From a virus, in the IMG/VR virus record IMGVR_UViG_3300024513_000016, positions 48,243 to 112,242 of that record: a stretch of 64,000 nucleotides of DNA. The stretch is one strand, 5' to 3'. The notes beneath the pieces are model-generated. The model was not told the DNA's origin, searched no databases, and saw only the letters and a program-made list of their open reading frames with translations. The position numbers and the translations under genes were made by a program. Every line of letters starts with the position of its first letter. The stretch's first letter is position 1. Positions 30,009 to 39,319 of this stretch are shown piece by piece.

Positions 30009-30037
30009 AGTATACTACCTACAATATATCTAGTCAA
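30009..30037 (-). promoter_or_regulatory. Sigma70-type promoter of the riboswitch transcript
   Basis: TTGACT-17-TATACT; predicted +1 near 30002, the first base of aptamer 1. Confidence 0.8.
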
Positions 30038-30053
30038 TTATTTTGTAACAAAT

Positions 30054-30308
30054 TTATTTTTTCTTTTTATTTTCTTTTACTTGATATCCGTATGTTTTAG
30101 GATTTACCGTACCAGAAGTCCAATCAATGCTTTTTACATTTCTATAATTATCATAATAATAATCAAAAATTTCTACTCTAGATCCAGATTGCACAATATC
30201 ATAAACAGGATGTTGAGCATCATCTAGATATGAAACTAAGTATGAATTTCTAGGTAACTCTTTATTTTTTGCGTAGGTTGGATCGCAATCTCTGTGAATA
30301 ATGTTCAT
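30054..30308 (-). CDS. Conserved cyanophage hypothetical protein
   Basis: DCDP...LPRNSYLVSY...YDIV...IFDYYYD...G.VNPK. Confidence 0.7.
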   Translation of the reverse strand: MNIIHRDCDPTYAKNKELPRNSYLVSYLDDAQHPVYDIVQSGSRVEIFDYYYDNYRNVKSIDWTSGTVNPKTYGYQVKENKKKK

Positions 30309-30315
30309 TTAAATT

Positions 30316-30933
30316 TTATCTATTAACTTCCCATGTAATATCAGGATAGGCTTCAGATACAATTTCTTTTGTAATGTTATACTTAGATTGTAATTTTTTA
30401 TCTTTAACTAGACACATGATCTCTGCATCCAATGGATGTAAACCTTCTAGCATTTGAATAAACATACTTTCACGACGAAGTTTAGGAACTCCTGCATTTC
30501 CAGGAACACCATTCTTAGACATTACAAAATTAATTAGTTTTTCATATTCAGTTCTTAATGTTGTATGTCCTGTTCTAATTTTTTCAGTATAGCTTACAGA
30601 AGAACTTTTTTCTACTTCCATTTTTTCAACTTCTTTTCCAATCCTTTCTGAAATTGATCCAGTTTTTACTAGATCATCAGAAACTGTTCCATATGGAACT
30701 TCACCTTCAGGTAACATGGAAATTACATTATCATCAAAATTCCAAATAAAAATAGCCTTCAATGAAGGATGTTCATGTTCTTTAAGAATTTGAACTTTTT
30801 TTGCATTCGTTCTTTGCTTACTTACCAATTGAAAAACTTCAAAAACAAAAGGATTATTTGGAAGTTTTTCAATTTTATCTACTGTTGCTTTTGTAGTAGT
30901 ACTAGTTTTTTTTCTAGTTGTTGTAGAAGTCAT
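30316..30933 (-). CDS. Conserved T4-like hypothetical protein
   Basis: IWNFDD..ISMLPEGEVPY...RRESMFIQMLEGLHP.DAE. Confidence 0.75.
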   Translation of the reverse strand: MTSTTTRKKTSTTTKATVDKIEKLPNNPFVFEVFQLVSKQRTNAKKVQILKEHEHPSLKAIFIWNFDDNVISMLPEGEVPYGTVSDDLVKTGSISERIGKEVEKMEVEKSSSVSYTEKIRTGHTTLRTEYEKLINFVMSKNGVPGNAGVPKLRRESMFIQMLEGLHPLDAEIMCLVKDKKLQSKYNITKEIVSEAYPDITWEVNR

Positions 30934-30968
30934 AATTGTTTCAATTCATTTGTACTATCTAGTCTAAC

Positions 30969-31202
30969 TCAATCGTCATCATCGTCATCATCTTCATTCT
31001 CAAAATATCCATTTTCAAATCTTACTGCAAGTATTTCATCTGGCATGACGTTTCCATTTTCATCAAACATCTCAGGGTGCATGAAAATTCTTTGAGGTTG
31101 CGTCTCGTAGGAGTGTGTCTTTGCTAACCAGCCAATTACCGACCCTACACATAAAAACAAAATACTAATTAAACAAAAAATAGTGAGTTCTGCTGCTAAC
31201 AT
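30969..31202 (-). CDS. Small membrane protein
   Basis: TM helix then HPEMFDENGN..PDEILAVRFEN and acidic tail. Confidence 0.7.
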   Translation of the reverse strand: MLAAELTIFCLISILFLCVGSVIGWLAKTHSYETQPQRIFMHPEMFDENGNVMPDEILAVRFENGYFENEDDDDDDD

Positions 31203-31402
31203 CTTTTTTCTCCTGAGATGTTGGTTTTTCTTTTAATAAAGAATTCTATTTGAAAATTAAATTCCCATCTTAAAATAGAAAATTTTTTTTTCAAACTAAA
31301 TTTCTTACTTTTATTTTGTTCCCTTTTAGTTTTCTCCCTATGAAGCAGTAGTTCGACTCCACGATTTCTTTCGTGAATACTATTATTTAGATCTATCATC
31401 AA
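31196..31402 (-). CDS. Hypothetical protein
   Basis: ORF track; NRGVELLL; coupled to neighbours. Confidence 0.55.
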   Translation of the reverse strand: MMIDLNNSIHERNRGVELLLHREKTKREQNKSKKFSLKKKFSILRWEFNFQIEFFIKRKTNISGEKRC

Positions 31403-31650
31403 AGAAGATTATTTTCTTGCAGATATTTAACCGTATCTACACATCCACCAAGATGCTCAGTATCGTTCATAATAATTTGTGGGAAAGTAGATCCTTGTCC
31501 AAATTCTGCATAAAACTCTTCTGCAGTAAAATCTGTACCCAATTCATAACAAATTACAGGAGTTCCTCTCTTAATACTTAAATCTCCAAGAACCATTTTA
31601 ATTTTGTCACAGAATGGACATCCAAGTTTTGAATAAATTGTAAAATTCAT
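31399..31650 (-). CDS. nrdC: Glutaredoxin
   Basis: YSKLGCPFC...TFPQI...LGG. Confidence 0.9.
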   Translation of the reverse strand: MNFTIYSKLGCPFCDKIKMVLGDLSIKRGTPVICYELGTDFTAEEFYAEFGQGSTFPQIIMNDTEHLGGCVDTVKYLQENNLL

Positions 31651-31657
31651 AGTAATT

Positions 31658-32032
31658 TTAAATTGCTGTATTGTTTTTACGTGGTCTATAAACTCTCAAT
31701 TCTTGTTTAGAAAGTTGAGTCCTCCATTCTACTATATCACTGTATCTTTGCAATGTAAAGAACTCCTGTCTGCGAAACCAAGTTTCCCAATTTTCATGTG
31801 CTTTAGATCGATTACACTTTTCACATGCACATATAACATTCGTTAAATGATCAGTTCCACCTTTAGATTGTGGAATTATATGATCCATTGTTAAATTTTC
31901 ATCAGATTTACAATAAGCACATTTGTACTCCCATTTTTCTTTAATTGAATTTTTCCATAATCTTCTAGATTCAGATGTTGAAGAAGTTTCAAGATTATAC
32001 AAATAATCTTCTGAAGAATTGTAGAGTTGCAT
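31658..32032 (-). CDS. HNH endonuclease (McrA-like)
   Basis: CAYC...TMDHIIPQSKGG....N...CEKCN. Confidence 0.88.
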   Translation of the reverse strand: MQLYNSSEDYLYNLETSSTSESRRLWKNSIKEKWEYKCAYCKSDENLTMDHIIPQSKGGTDHLTNVICACEKCNRSKAHENWETWFRRQEFFTLQRYSDIVEWRTQLSKQELRVYRPRKNNTAI

Positions 32033-32056
32033 TCTTTATTATAGAACTTGTAATAT

Positions 32057-32260
32057 CTAGTGAGATTTTTTAGTAGTATTTTTCCTTTTACATGCATCTC
32101 TTGCCCAAGCACGAGAAAGACTATTCACATACGAACAGGATGTATTATCTTTCCCACAATATGGACATTTAGAATCTGGTGGATCTGAAAGATATCCTTC
32201 AGGTGTATACATCCTTTTCTTCTTTTGATTCTCTGCTTGTTTTTTCTTTCTGTGATTCAT
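32057..32260 (-). CDS. Small Cys-rich hypothetical protein
   Basis: CPYCG....CS...WAR.AC. Confidence 0.6.
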   Translation of the reverse strand: MNHRKKKQAENQKKKRMYTPEGYLSDPPDSKCPYCGKDNTSCSYVNSLSRAWARDACKRKNTTKKSH

Positions 32261-32574
32261 ATAATCACAGGTTCCCCTTGACCTTCGGGAAGTTTGATCT
32301 GAGATAATTGCCTTCCAAATGCCATAGATTCTTCTATTTCCAGAGATCCACCAAAACCACTAGTCTTGTTTACTACAATTTCTGTTGTTGGAAGTGCTTT
32401 TGGAATTTCAATATCAATAACATCACTCATCAACATTTTATTTACTCTATACTCACGATTTTGTGGATCCATGGAGATCAACATCCTTGCATCTTCCCTA
32501 GTACCACAATCTGCAATTTTTTTTCCAGTTCTTTTGTGAAATACTGAAAAATACTCTTCGTTATACTTTTTCAT
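32257..32574 (-). CDS. Hypothetical protein
   Basis: ORF track; GKKIADCG motif. Confidence 0.6.
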   Translation of the reverse strand: MKKYNEEYFSVFHKRTGKKIADCGTREDARMLISMDPQNREYRVNKMLMSDVIDIEIPKALPTTEIVVNKTSGFGGSLEIEESMAFGRQLSQIKLPEGQGEPVII

Positions 32575-32683
32575 TTTTTAAAATCTTTTGATTACTATAG
32601 GTTTTTATGGGAATCCTGTAAAGTCCAGGCCAAGTATCACGGATAATTTCTGAAAGTTTATTCGGTGTAGTAGATGATATCAT
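32561..32683 (-). CDS. 40-aa hypothetical protein (not in ORF track)
   Basis: MISSTTPNKLSEIIRDTWPGLYR...; ATGA overlap with upstream gene. Confidence 0.6.
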   Translation of the reverse strand: MISSTTPNKLSEIIRDTWPGLYRIPIKTYSNQKILKNEKV

Positions 32684-33234
32684 ACTAATATAAAATTAGA
32701 CTTACGTTGTTGAGATAATAGCATTAGAATTTTAGGATCTTTTGCACTCTTTTTTACAGATTCATAATAATCATAATATCCATTATGGAGAATAATTGCA
32801 TCTTTCAATGATCCAGTTTGGTTTTGCAAACGTCGAAGTTTACTTGACAATAACCAAACTGTTACTTCATCGTCATCCAATAGTTCTTTTTTTGGAGGAA
32901 GTCCTTGTATTACCAATTCATTTATCCCCAATTGTGCAACTCCAAAAGTTTTTAAATCTACTGGTTTGCGGTGAATAATCTCTTCATAAAGAATTGCAGA
33001 AATTACATTTTCTGGAATATTAAATTGTTTACTAGAAACTTTAATGTATGGAATTAGAGTTTCTAGTTTCCTATAAGCAAATTCTCTAGTCACAGGGACA
33101 TTTGATACAACCTTACTAATCACTGTTGGAGTGATTGTTCGGTCTTTTACTCCATAATTACTAAGAGTTTTATTTTGACTCTTAATTGGAATAAAAGAAA
33201 AAATTATAATACTCAATAAAAAAAGTCTTTTCAT
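32680..33234 (-). CDS. Secreted lysozyme-fold / lytic transglycosylase-like protein
   Basis: Signal peptide; ISAILYEE...FGVAQL...HNG resembles SLT motifs. Confidence 0.5.
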   Translation of the reverse strand: MKRLFLLSIIIFSFIPIKSQNKTLSNYGVKDRTITPTVISKVVSNVPVTREFAYRKLETLIPYIKVSSKQFNIPENVISAILYEEIIHRKPVDLKTFGVAQLGINELVIQGLPPKKELLDDDEVTVWLLSSKLRRLQNQTGSLKDAIILHNGYYDYYESVKKSAKDPKILMLLSQQRKSNFILV

Positions 33235-33305
33235 AAATCTTGAAGTATGGACAGTATGAACATAAAAATTCCGAAGAGTTGAAATAGGACTAAGATGAGT
33301 AACAT
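33231..33305 (-). CDS. 24-aa hydrophobic micro-peptide
   Basis: MLLILVLFQLFGIFMFILSILQDL; ATGA overlap with next gene. Confidence 0.45.
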   Translation of the reverse strand: MLLILVLFQLFGIFMFILSILQDL

Positions 33306-33331
33306 TTTAATCTTTTACTAGTAATTTGAAT

Positions 33332-34366
33332 TTATCTAACGTGATGTCCACCGAACATATATCTCATACCATTAAGGATTTTAGATCCGAATGAACCGAG
33401 ATTTCGAGAGTTAAATCTTTCAAATAGTGCCGTGGTAATAACAGGAGCAGGAACTCCAAGATCGACAGCAGCAGAAACAGTCCAACGTCCCTCACCACTA
33501 TCAGATACCCCACCAGAGAACTTTTTAAGATCACCATCCTTGCGTAGTACATCCGCAGTAAGATCAAGTAACCAAGAACCAACTACACTACCACGACGCC
33601 ATAATTCAGCAACCTCTGCAACATTGATATCATAACAGTAACTTTCAGGATCTGCCATAGGTGCAACTTCAGCATCACCTTCTTTAATGTATTGAGATCC
33701 ATTATTTGCATTCTTGAGAATATTGAATCCTTCGGCATATGCCTGCATCATTCCATATTCAATACCATTATGCACCATCTTCACAAAATGACCTGCACCA
33801 GGTCCACCACAATGCAACCAACCATATTCTGCAGAAGTTAGATCAGATGTTGGATCTGTTCTATGGCAGGAGTGAATGTCTGGGGAGAGTGCAGAGAATA
33901 TTTTTGAACAAGTGGAGACCGCAGTATTTCCACCACCAACCATAAGACAGTATCCACGATCCAAACCGTAAACACCACCGCTAGTACCACAATCAATATA
34001 TTGGATGCCCAGTTTTGCCAGACGTTCTGCTCTTTTCCGACTGTCTTTAAAATTGCTATTGCCATGATCAATAATAATATCTCCTTCACTACAATATCGT
34101 AGTAACTCATTGATCGTCTCCTCTACAGTTTCAGCAGGCACAACCATCATAAAAATTCCTGGTTGAGTTTCACCCTTTTTATTTTGTTTAACTACTTTAA
34201 CAAGGTTTTCAATATCATCTACAATTCCATTAACATATCCTTTTTCAAATGCTTCTTGTGCTTTTTCATAATTCCTACGATAACCCCAGACTTCGATATC
34301 TGCTTTCATCATACGACGGGACATTCCTTCCCCCATCCGACCAAGACCAATTAATCCTACTTTCAT
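33332..34366 (-). CDS. gnd: 6-phosphogluconate dehydrogenase, short type (AMG)
   Basis: GLIGLGRMG, IDHGNS, DCGTSGG, GAGHFVKMVHNGIEYG, VSDSGEGRW, FGGH. Confidence 0.96.
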   Translation of the reverse strand: MKVGLIGLGRMGEGMSRRMMKADIEVWGYRRNYEKAQEAFEKGYVNGIVDDIENLVKVVKQNKKGETQPGIFMMVVPAETVEETINELLRYCSEGDIIIDHGNSNFKDSRKRAERLAKLGIQYIDCGTSGGVYGLDRGYCLMVGGGNTAVSTCSKIFSALSPDIHSCHRTDPTSDLTSAEYGWLHCGGPGAGHFVKMVHNGIEYGMMQAYAEGFNILKNANNGSQYIKEGDAEVAPMADPESYCYDINVAEVAELWRRGSVVGSWLLDLTADVLRKDGDLKKFSGGVSDSGEGRWTVSAAVDLGVPAPVITTALFERFNSRNLGSFGSKILNGMRYMFGGHHVR

Positions 34367-34573
34367 TTAATCCTCCCAAGTTTCGTATTGTTCTTTAAAA
34401 TAAGCATCAACTTTTTTTAAATCGTCTAAATGAATATTACAAACATAATCATTCTCATCGCACCATTCTAATGCAAATGCATGTATTCTTTCATCACTTT
34501 TTGTTTTATTAACACCATAAATTCTAGAGAAAGATGACATTACAAAATGCCAACATTGATGTTTCTCTTTCAT
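34367..34573 (-). CDS. Hypothetical protein
   Basis: ORF between talC and gnd. Confidence 0.6.
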   Translation of the reverse strand: MKEKHQCWHFVMSSFSRIYGVNKTKSDERIHAFALEWCDENDYVCNIHLDDLKKVDAYFKEQYETWED

Positions 34574-34582
34574 TTTTCCTTT

Positions 34583-35242
34583 TTACTTTTTACTTTTAAG
34601 AACTTTTTCCCAATCATTCTGGAAAAGTTCCAGACCCTTATCAGTCATAATGTTCTTATACATTCCCCAGAATACAACTGGTGGAATAGTAACTACATCA
34701 GCACCAGAAAGAGCAGATTGTTCTACTTGCCTTACGTCACGAAGAGATGCAGCAAGGATTTGTGTTGATGTACCTGAATAATCAAATGCATTACGAATAT
34801 TTTTAATCAACTCAATCCCATCAATTGAATTATCCATCCAACGACCTACGAAAGGTGAGATGAATGTTGCCCCTGCTTTAGACGCAAGAATTGCCTGAGC
34901 AACTGAGAATACTAATGTTACGTTAGTTTGAATTCCCTTATCAGAAAGGAATTTACAAGCTTTAAGACCCTCTACTGTGCAAGGAACTTTAATTGTAACT
35001 GCAGGTGCAATTGTGTAATATTTTTGTGCCTCAGAAAGCATTTCTTCTGCAGTATCTGCGACAACTTCTGCGGAAATGCTCTGTAAGTTTGAAAAGTCTG
35101 TTGCAATCTCGTGGATGACCTGTAAAAGTTGTCTTCCACTTTTAAGAATTAATGATGGATTTGTGGTAACACCATCTAATAATCCTGTTTCATATGCAGG
35201 TTTAATTAAGGAAACATCTGCAGTATCTAAAAATATCTTCAT
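34583..35242 (-). CDS. talC: Transaldolase / fructose-6-phosphate aldolase (AMG)
   Basis: FLDTAD, GVTTNPSL, IKVP, NVTLVFS, SPFVGR, ILAASLR. Confidence 0.96.
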   Translation of the reverse strand: MKIFLDTADVSLIKPAYETGLLDGVTTNPSLILKSGRQLLQVIHEIATDFSNLQSISAEVVADTAEEMLSEAQKYYTIAPAVTIKVPCTVEGLKACKFLSDKGIQTNVTLVFSVAQAILASKAGATFISPFVGRWMDNSIDGIELIKNIRNAFDYSGTSTQILAASLRDVRQVEQSALSGADVVTIPPVVFWGMYKNIMTDKGLELFQNDWEKVLKSKK

Positions 35243-35317
35243 AAAAAAAGAAAGAACTTATAACTAATTATAATAAATTTTATCTAGGTTTTTATGAATT
35301 GTTATGAATTAAATATA

Positions 35318-35878
35318 TTACAATCTTTTTAGATTTTCTACTAACAATTCCAGTTCTTGTAGAGATGCGTCGTTTTTAAGTGTGTTTGCTCTATTACTGA
35401 TGACCCATACATTGCCTTTTATGTATCCCTTTTCTGGAATGATTTTATCCAATGAAGGACTATTTGGATGATATCCTTTCTTTGGTTGTATCTCAATAGG
35501 AATACCAAGCAAAGGGCAAGTTTCTGGAATGACTATATCAGTAAGTTCAAGATTAAATGGAATATTATTTTGTTTTGCCCTACTCTTTGCTCTTGTTAAC
35601 ATCCTATATTCAACTGACTTTGATACTGCGTTTGGGTCAAATCTTTTTTTATTTGTCTCAACAGATCTTTCAGTTCTTAAACATCCACAAGATTGAGTTT
35701 TACCACTCAATAAACACTCCCTTCTTGTAGATTTGGTTTTACCACCACAAGAACAAGAACACTCACATAAAATATATTTTGGACCAGAACGATATTCATT
35801 TTCAACAGTCAATCTTCCAAAAGTTTTTCCAATTAAACCACCACACGGAATTGATTTTTTATTTAAAGTCATACTCAT
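35318..35878 (-). mobile_element. Free-standing HNH-type homing endonuclease downstream of psbD
   Basis: FGRLTV...CECSC...SCGC N-domain; CPLLG...PSLDKIIPEKGYIKGNVWVISNRAN; own TATAAATA at 35894-35901. Confidence 0.82.
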
Positions 35879-35930
35879 TAACTACTCTATTATTATTTAT
35901 ATAATACCATAGTTAGGGTCATAAGTCAAT

Positions 35931-35953
35931 AAAAAAGACCCCGAAGGGTCTTT
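35931..35953 (-). terminator. Intrinsic terminator after psbD
   Basis: AAAGACCC-TTCG-GGGTCTTT followed by T-run. Confidence 0.88.
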
Positions 35954-35980
35954 GCGTTTCCGCAGGGTATTATATTTTTA

Positions 35981-37042
35981 TCACAAGGCATTGCCTCGTG
36001 GTAATACCTCTTCGGGTAGCACAAAATTTTCATGTGGTTGGTCTACTGGAGCCATCCAGGCACGCAAGCCTTCGTTTAATAATATATTTTTTGTGTAAAA
36101 TGTCTCAAATTCGGGATCTTCAGCAGCACGAATCTCCTGAGAGACAAAATCGTAAGCACGAAGGTTAAGGGCAAGACCAATAATACCGATACTGGAGGTC
36201 CAGAGACCCATAACAGGCACAAACAACATAAAGAAATGAAGCCAACGCTTGTTACTAAAAGCAATACCAAAAATCTGAGACCAGAATCTATTAGCAGTGA
36301 CCATCGAGTAGGTCTCTTCTTCCTGTGTAGGTTCAAATGCTTTGAATGTATTTGATTGATCACTGTCTTCATAAAGTGTATTTTCTACTGTTGCTCCATG
36401 AATTGCACAGAGCAGTGCTCCACCAAGAATACCAGCAACTCCCATCATATGGAAAGGGTTGAGGGTCCAGTTATGGAAACCTTGAAGGAACAAAAGGAAC
36501 CTGAAGATTGCTGCCACCCCAAATGATGGAGCAAAGAACCAACTGGATTGACCCAGTGGGTACATCAGAAACACAGAAACGAATACTGCAATAGGACCAG
36601 AGAATGCGATTGCATTATAAGGACGGATACCCACTAGACGGGAAATCTCAAACTGACGAAGCATGAAACCGATCAGACTAAAGGCCCCGTGGAGTGCCAC
36701 AAAAGTCCAGAGTCCCCCAAGTTGGAACCACCTGACGATATCCCCTTGAGCCTCAGGACCCCAAAGTAGAAGAAGAGAATGACCCATAGAATCTGCAGGC
36801 GTTGACACAGCTGCTGTTAGCACATTACAACCTTCTAAAAAACTTGAAGCAATACCGTGTGTATACCACGATGTCGTAAATGTAATGCCAGTCAACCAAC
36901 CACCAAGAGCAAGATAGGCACAAGGTATAAAAAGTAATCCAGACCATCCAATAAACACAAACCTATCTCGTTTCAACCAATCATCAACTAGGTCAAATAA
37001 ACCTCGTCGTTGATTTTGTAAAGAAATTGTAGATGAAACCAT
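35981..37042 (-). CDS. psbD: Photosystem II D2 protein (AMG), 353 aa, uninterrupted
   Basis: [51 protein letters not shown]; start MVSS after GGAGG. Confidence 0.98.
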   Translation of the reverse strand: MVSSTISLQNQRRGLFDLVDDWLKRDRFVFIGWSGLLFIPCAYLALGGWLTGITFTTSWYTHGIASSFLEGCNVLTAAVSTPADSMGHSLLLLWGPEAQGDIVRWFQLGGLWTFVALHGAFSLIGFMLRQFEISRLVGIRPYNAIAFSGPIAVFVSVFLMYPLGQSSWFFAPSFGVAAIFRFLLFLQGFHNWTLNPFHMMGVAGILGGALLCAIHGATVENTLYEDSDQSNTFKAFEPTQEEETYSMVTANRFWSQIFGIAFSNKRWLHFFMLFVPVMGLWTSSIGIIGLALNLRAYDFVSQEIRAAEDPEFETFYTKNILLNEGLRAWMAPVDQPHENFVLPEEVLPRGNAL

Positions 37043-37070
37043 CAAACCTCCGTAATGATTTGTAATATTT

Positions 37071-37099
37071 ATTTTATCACTTCTTAACAAAAGGGGCAA
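37071..37099 (-). promoter_or_regulatory. Sigma70-type promoter of psbD
   Basis: TTGCCC-17-TAAAAT. Confidence 0.55.
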
Positions 37100-37108
37100 T
37101 AGAGATTT

Positions 37109-37747
37109 CTACTTACTCTTCTTTTTCATAGGAGTATCTGGGTCAAGTCCTCTTTCTATTCTATATTGTCTCCATCTTTCCTTTGCTCTTTCACTACATT
37201 TATTTTTACCTTCTTCTGTTTTAGGTCCTTGGACTTCTGGTTTTTTTCTATTTCCTTCATCCCAAGATTTCTTACAACCTTCACTTAATTTTTTCTTATG
37301 TTCTTCTGTTTTTGGAGCATAAGAAGCACCAGGAATAAATGTCCCTTCTTGGAACTTTCTTTTTAGAGTTTCACTTCTTTTCTTATTACTTTCTTCTGTT
37401 TGAGGAACACCAGTTTTTGTTTTCCTCATCTTTTCAACTGCTTCTGGTTTTTTAGGTTTTCCTAAATGAAGCAATCTTAATTTTTCCTTACTTTCTTCAC
37501 TCATAGGTCCTCTATTTTCTCTTCCCCTTTCTTGTCCCAACTTCATAAGAAGAGAAATAACTTCTTCTTTACCTATCATACCAGATAGACCCATCCAAGC
37601 AATTCTATCCTCCTCCTTTCCATATTGTTCCCACAATTTTTTATGTGCCTCTGCGTGTTCCTCAATAGTCATTTCAACAAGATTAGAAGGGTCATCAGTT
37701 CCTCCCATATGTCTTGGAATAATATGATGCTTGTGAGTAAGGGTCAT
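37109..37747 (-). mobile_element. Free-standing HNH homing endonuclease with NUMOD3 repeats upstream of psbD
   Basis: HKHHIIPRHMGGTDDPSNL....EEHAEAH; SEESKEKL/TEEHKKKLS repeats; own TATAAATA at 37770-37777. Confidence 0.85.
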
Positions 37748-37821
37748 ATCAAGTATGTTTAACTAATACTATTTATACCAGTAGGTATACTAACAGGTAT
37801 AAATGTTAAGAAATGCTGATA

Positions 37822-37852
37822 CAAAAAAGAGACCTTCACAGGTCTCCTCTTT
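37822..37852 (-). terminator. Intrinsic terminator closing the micro-ORF region
   Basis: GAGACC-TGTGAA-GGTCTC followed by T6 on minus strand. Confidence 0.75.
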
Positions 37853-38057
37853 ACTCATTTTCTAAAAAGTCGTTCAAGTTTTTCTTTGTTCTTGAAGAGT
37901 TCATAAGATTTGATTTGCTCTCCATAATACTTGCTGATATGCCTACACAAATCTTCTTCTTGTTTAGTAATATCCAGATTATGTTTGTCTTTCAAGATAA
38001 GGATAGTTTCAATATCTTTGAGAGTACTATATGGAATATTCAAAAATTCTTCGTAAG

Positions 38058-38204
38058 TCATTTTCTAATCACAGCAATTACTTTACGGTTTGGATACTTC
38101 TCTACAATTATATCACGAGCACTCTCATAATCAATAGCATCCTTTACGGTTTCATAATACACAGTTTTATCTGCGTCATCCCAAGTTTGAACTTCGTAAG
38201 TCAT
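38058..38204 (-). CDS. 48-aa hypothetical, paralogue of 47375-47521
   Basis: MTYEVQTWDDADKTVYYETVKDA..., 2 aa differences between copies. Confidence 0.75.
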   Translation of the reverse strand: MTYEVQTWDDADKTVYYETVKDAIDYESARDIIVEKYPNRKVIAVIRK

Positions 38205-38435
38205 TTCTTCTCCCAAAAAGGGTTTCATTTCAATCCACTCACACAAATGGAACAAAGACAATCATCAGTTTTAGGAACTCTAAACATAATGTGATTTCCA
38301 GAGCAACAATCTCTATCACCACATTTCATACAATTATCACAAACCCACTCTTTTTGATTACGACATTTGACGAAATCTTCAAGAGTATAGTTTTGAAGAA
38401 GATTAGTCATTTCAGGTGTCTGTGTGTATAAGAGT

Positions 38436-38492
38436 ATTATAGGGCATCCAGAGGCACCCAGAGCATCCCCTGTGCCAGTTCTTCAAGTGTCC
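38436..38492 (-). promoter_or_regulatory. Palindrome-hairpin-(-10) cassette E1
   Basis: GGACACTT-GAAG-AACTGGCAC, 30-nt spacer, TATAAT. Confidence 0.8.
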
Positions 38493-38654
38493 TCAATAAT
38501 TGTCGAAGCAACCATCATCATAAGCCTTATCATAGATTTCTTGGGCAAACTTCACAAAGGCATCAAAGTTTCCAGAATACTCCCAACCATCATTCTCATC
38601 CCAATCTTCTTCAAAGTGTTCTTTTACAAGTTTTAGGATTTGTTCTTCACTCAT
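38493..38654 (-). CDS. 53-aa hypothetical, KFA family, paralogue of 48207-48389
   Basis: KLVKEHFEEDWDENDGWEYSGNFDAFVKFAQEI shared. Confidence 0.75.
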   Translation of the reverse strand: MSEEQILKLVKEHFEEDWDENDGWEYSGNFDAFVKFAQEIYDKAYDDGCFDNY

Positions 38655-38785
38655 AGTGCCTCCAAATCTCCATTAATAATGTCTTTGACAATATTATACT
38701 TGATTTTATCAATTTCTTCATCCACCCACTTCTTTGTATTCTCATTCAAATTTTTGAGTGAGGTTTCCCATTCTTCGTCAGTCAT
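38651..38785 (-). CDS. 44-aa hypothetical, paralogue of 47727-47861
   Basis: MTDEEWETSLK...KWVDEEIDKIKYNI.KDIINGD.EAL. Confidence 0.7.
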   Translation of the reverse strand: MTDEEWETSLKNLNENTKKWVDEEIDKIKYNIVKDIINGDLEAL

Positions 38786-38949
38786 CGTTCAGCAACCACG
38801 ATAAAGTCATTCATAGAAATACTCCTCTTACTTTTAGCAAGAATACCTTGATTTGGAAAATAAGGAACTGCTACAAGATTATAGAATGGTCTCAACTGCT
38901 CATAGAGAGTATAAAGGTGTCCGTCTTTCTTGTATCGGTAGAGTTTCAT
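38782..38949 (-). CDS. 55-aa hypothetical, paralogue of 47858-48025
   Basis: MKLYRYKKDGHLYTLYEQLRPFYNLVAVPYFPNQG... Confidence 0.75.
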   Translation of the reverse strand: MKLYRYKKDGHLYTLYEQLRPFYNLVAVPYFPNQGILAKSKRSISMNDFIVVAER

Positions 38950-39116
38950 AGTGCCTCCAATTCATCAGCAAGTTCAAGAATGTTCTTTTCAGTAATACCG
39001 ATATACTTGAGTTCTTCTACAACTTTACGAAGAGCAGCAGCAACTCCATCTTTTGGAAAGTTGTAAGTATCCTCTGCTTCGTATGCTCTCATAATCTTTT
39101 TTGCTCGTTCAGTCAT
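38946..39116 (-). CDS. 56-aa hypothetical, EAL* family, paralogue of 50024-50227
   Basis: AYEAEDTYNFPKDGV.AALR...ELEAL. Confidence 0.75.
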   Translation of the reverse strand: MTERAKKIMRAYEAEDTYNFPKDGVAAALRKVVEELKYIGITEKNILELADELEAL

Positions 39117-39319
39117 AGTGCCTCCAATTCGTTAGCAAGTTCATAAAGTGCTTTTTTCTCAACTACAGTTACATCATTATTAGGCATAAAGATTGTGTAT
39201 GATAATTCATCCGCAATTACACGAATAGCAGCAGCAAGTGCTTCTTTCATATCATCTGTGGGTTCTACAATCAATTCTGCTTTGAATGTTTCCCAGATTT
39301 GGTATGCGGTATTAGTCAT
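39113..39319 (-). CDS. 68-aa hypothetical, EAL* family, paralogue of 50224-50442
   Basis: FKAELIVEPTDDMKEALA.AIR...EAL. Confidence 0.75.
   Translation of the reverse strand: MTNTAYQIWETFKAELIVEPTDDMKEALAAAIRVIADELSYTIFMPNNDVTVVEKKALYELANELEAL

Noticed and set aside
30005-30060. NtcA box at the riboswitch promoter
   Set aside because: Best match is GTA-N7-TAC, not GTA-N8-TAC
35981-37099. Intron in psbD or a 372-aa extended D2
   Set aside because: Frame is continuous at normal length; the upstream TTG is the -35 box and the ATG at 37042 has a GGAGG RBS
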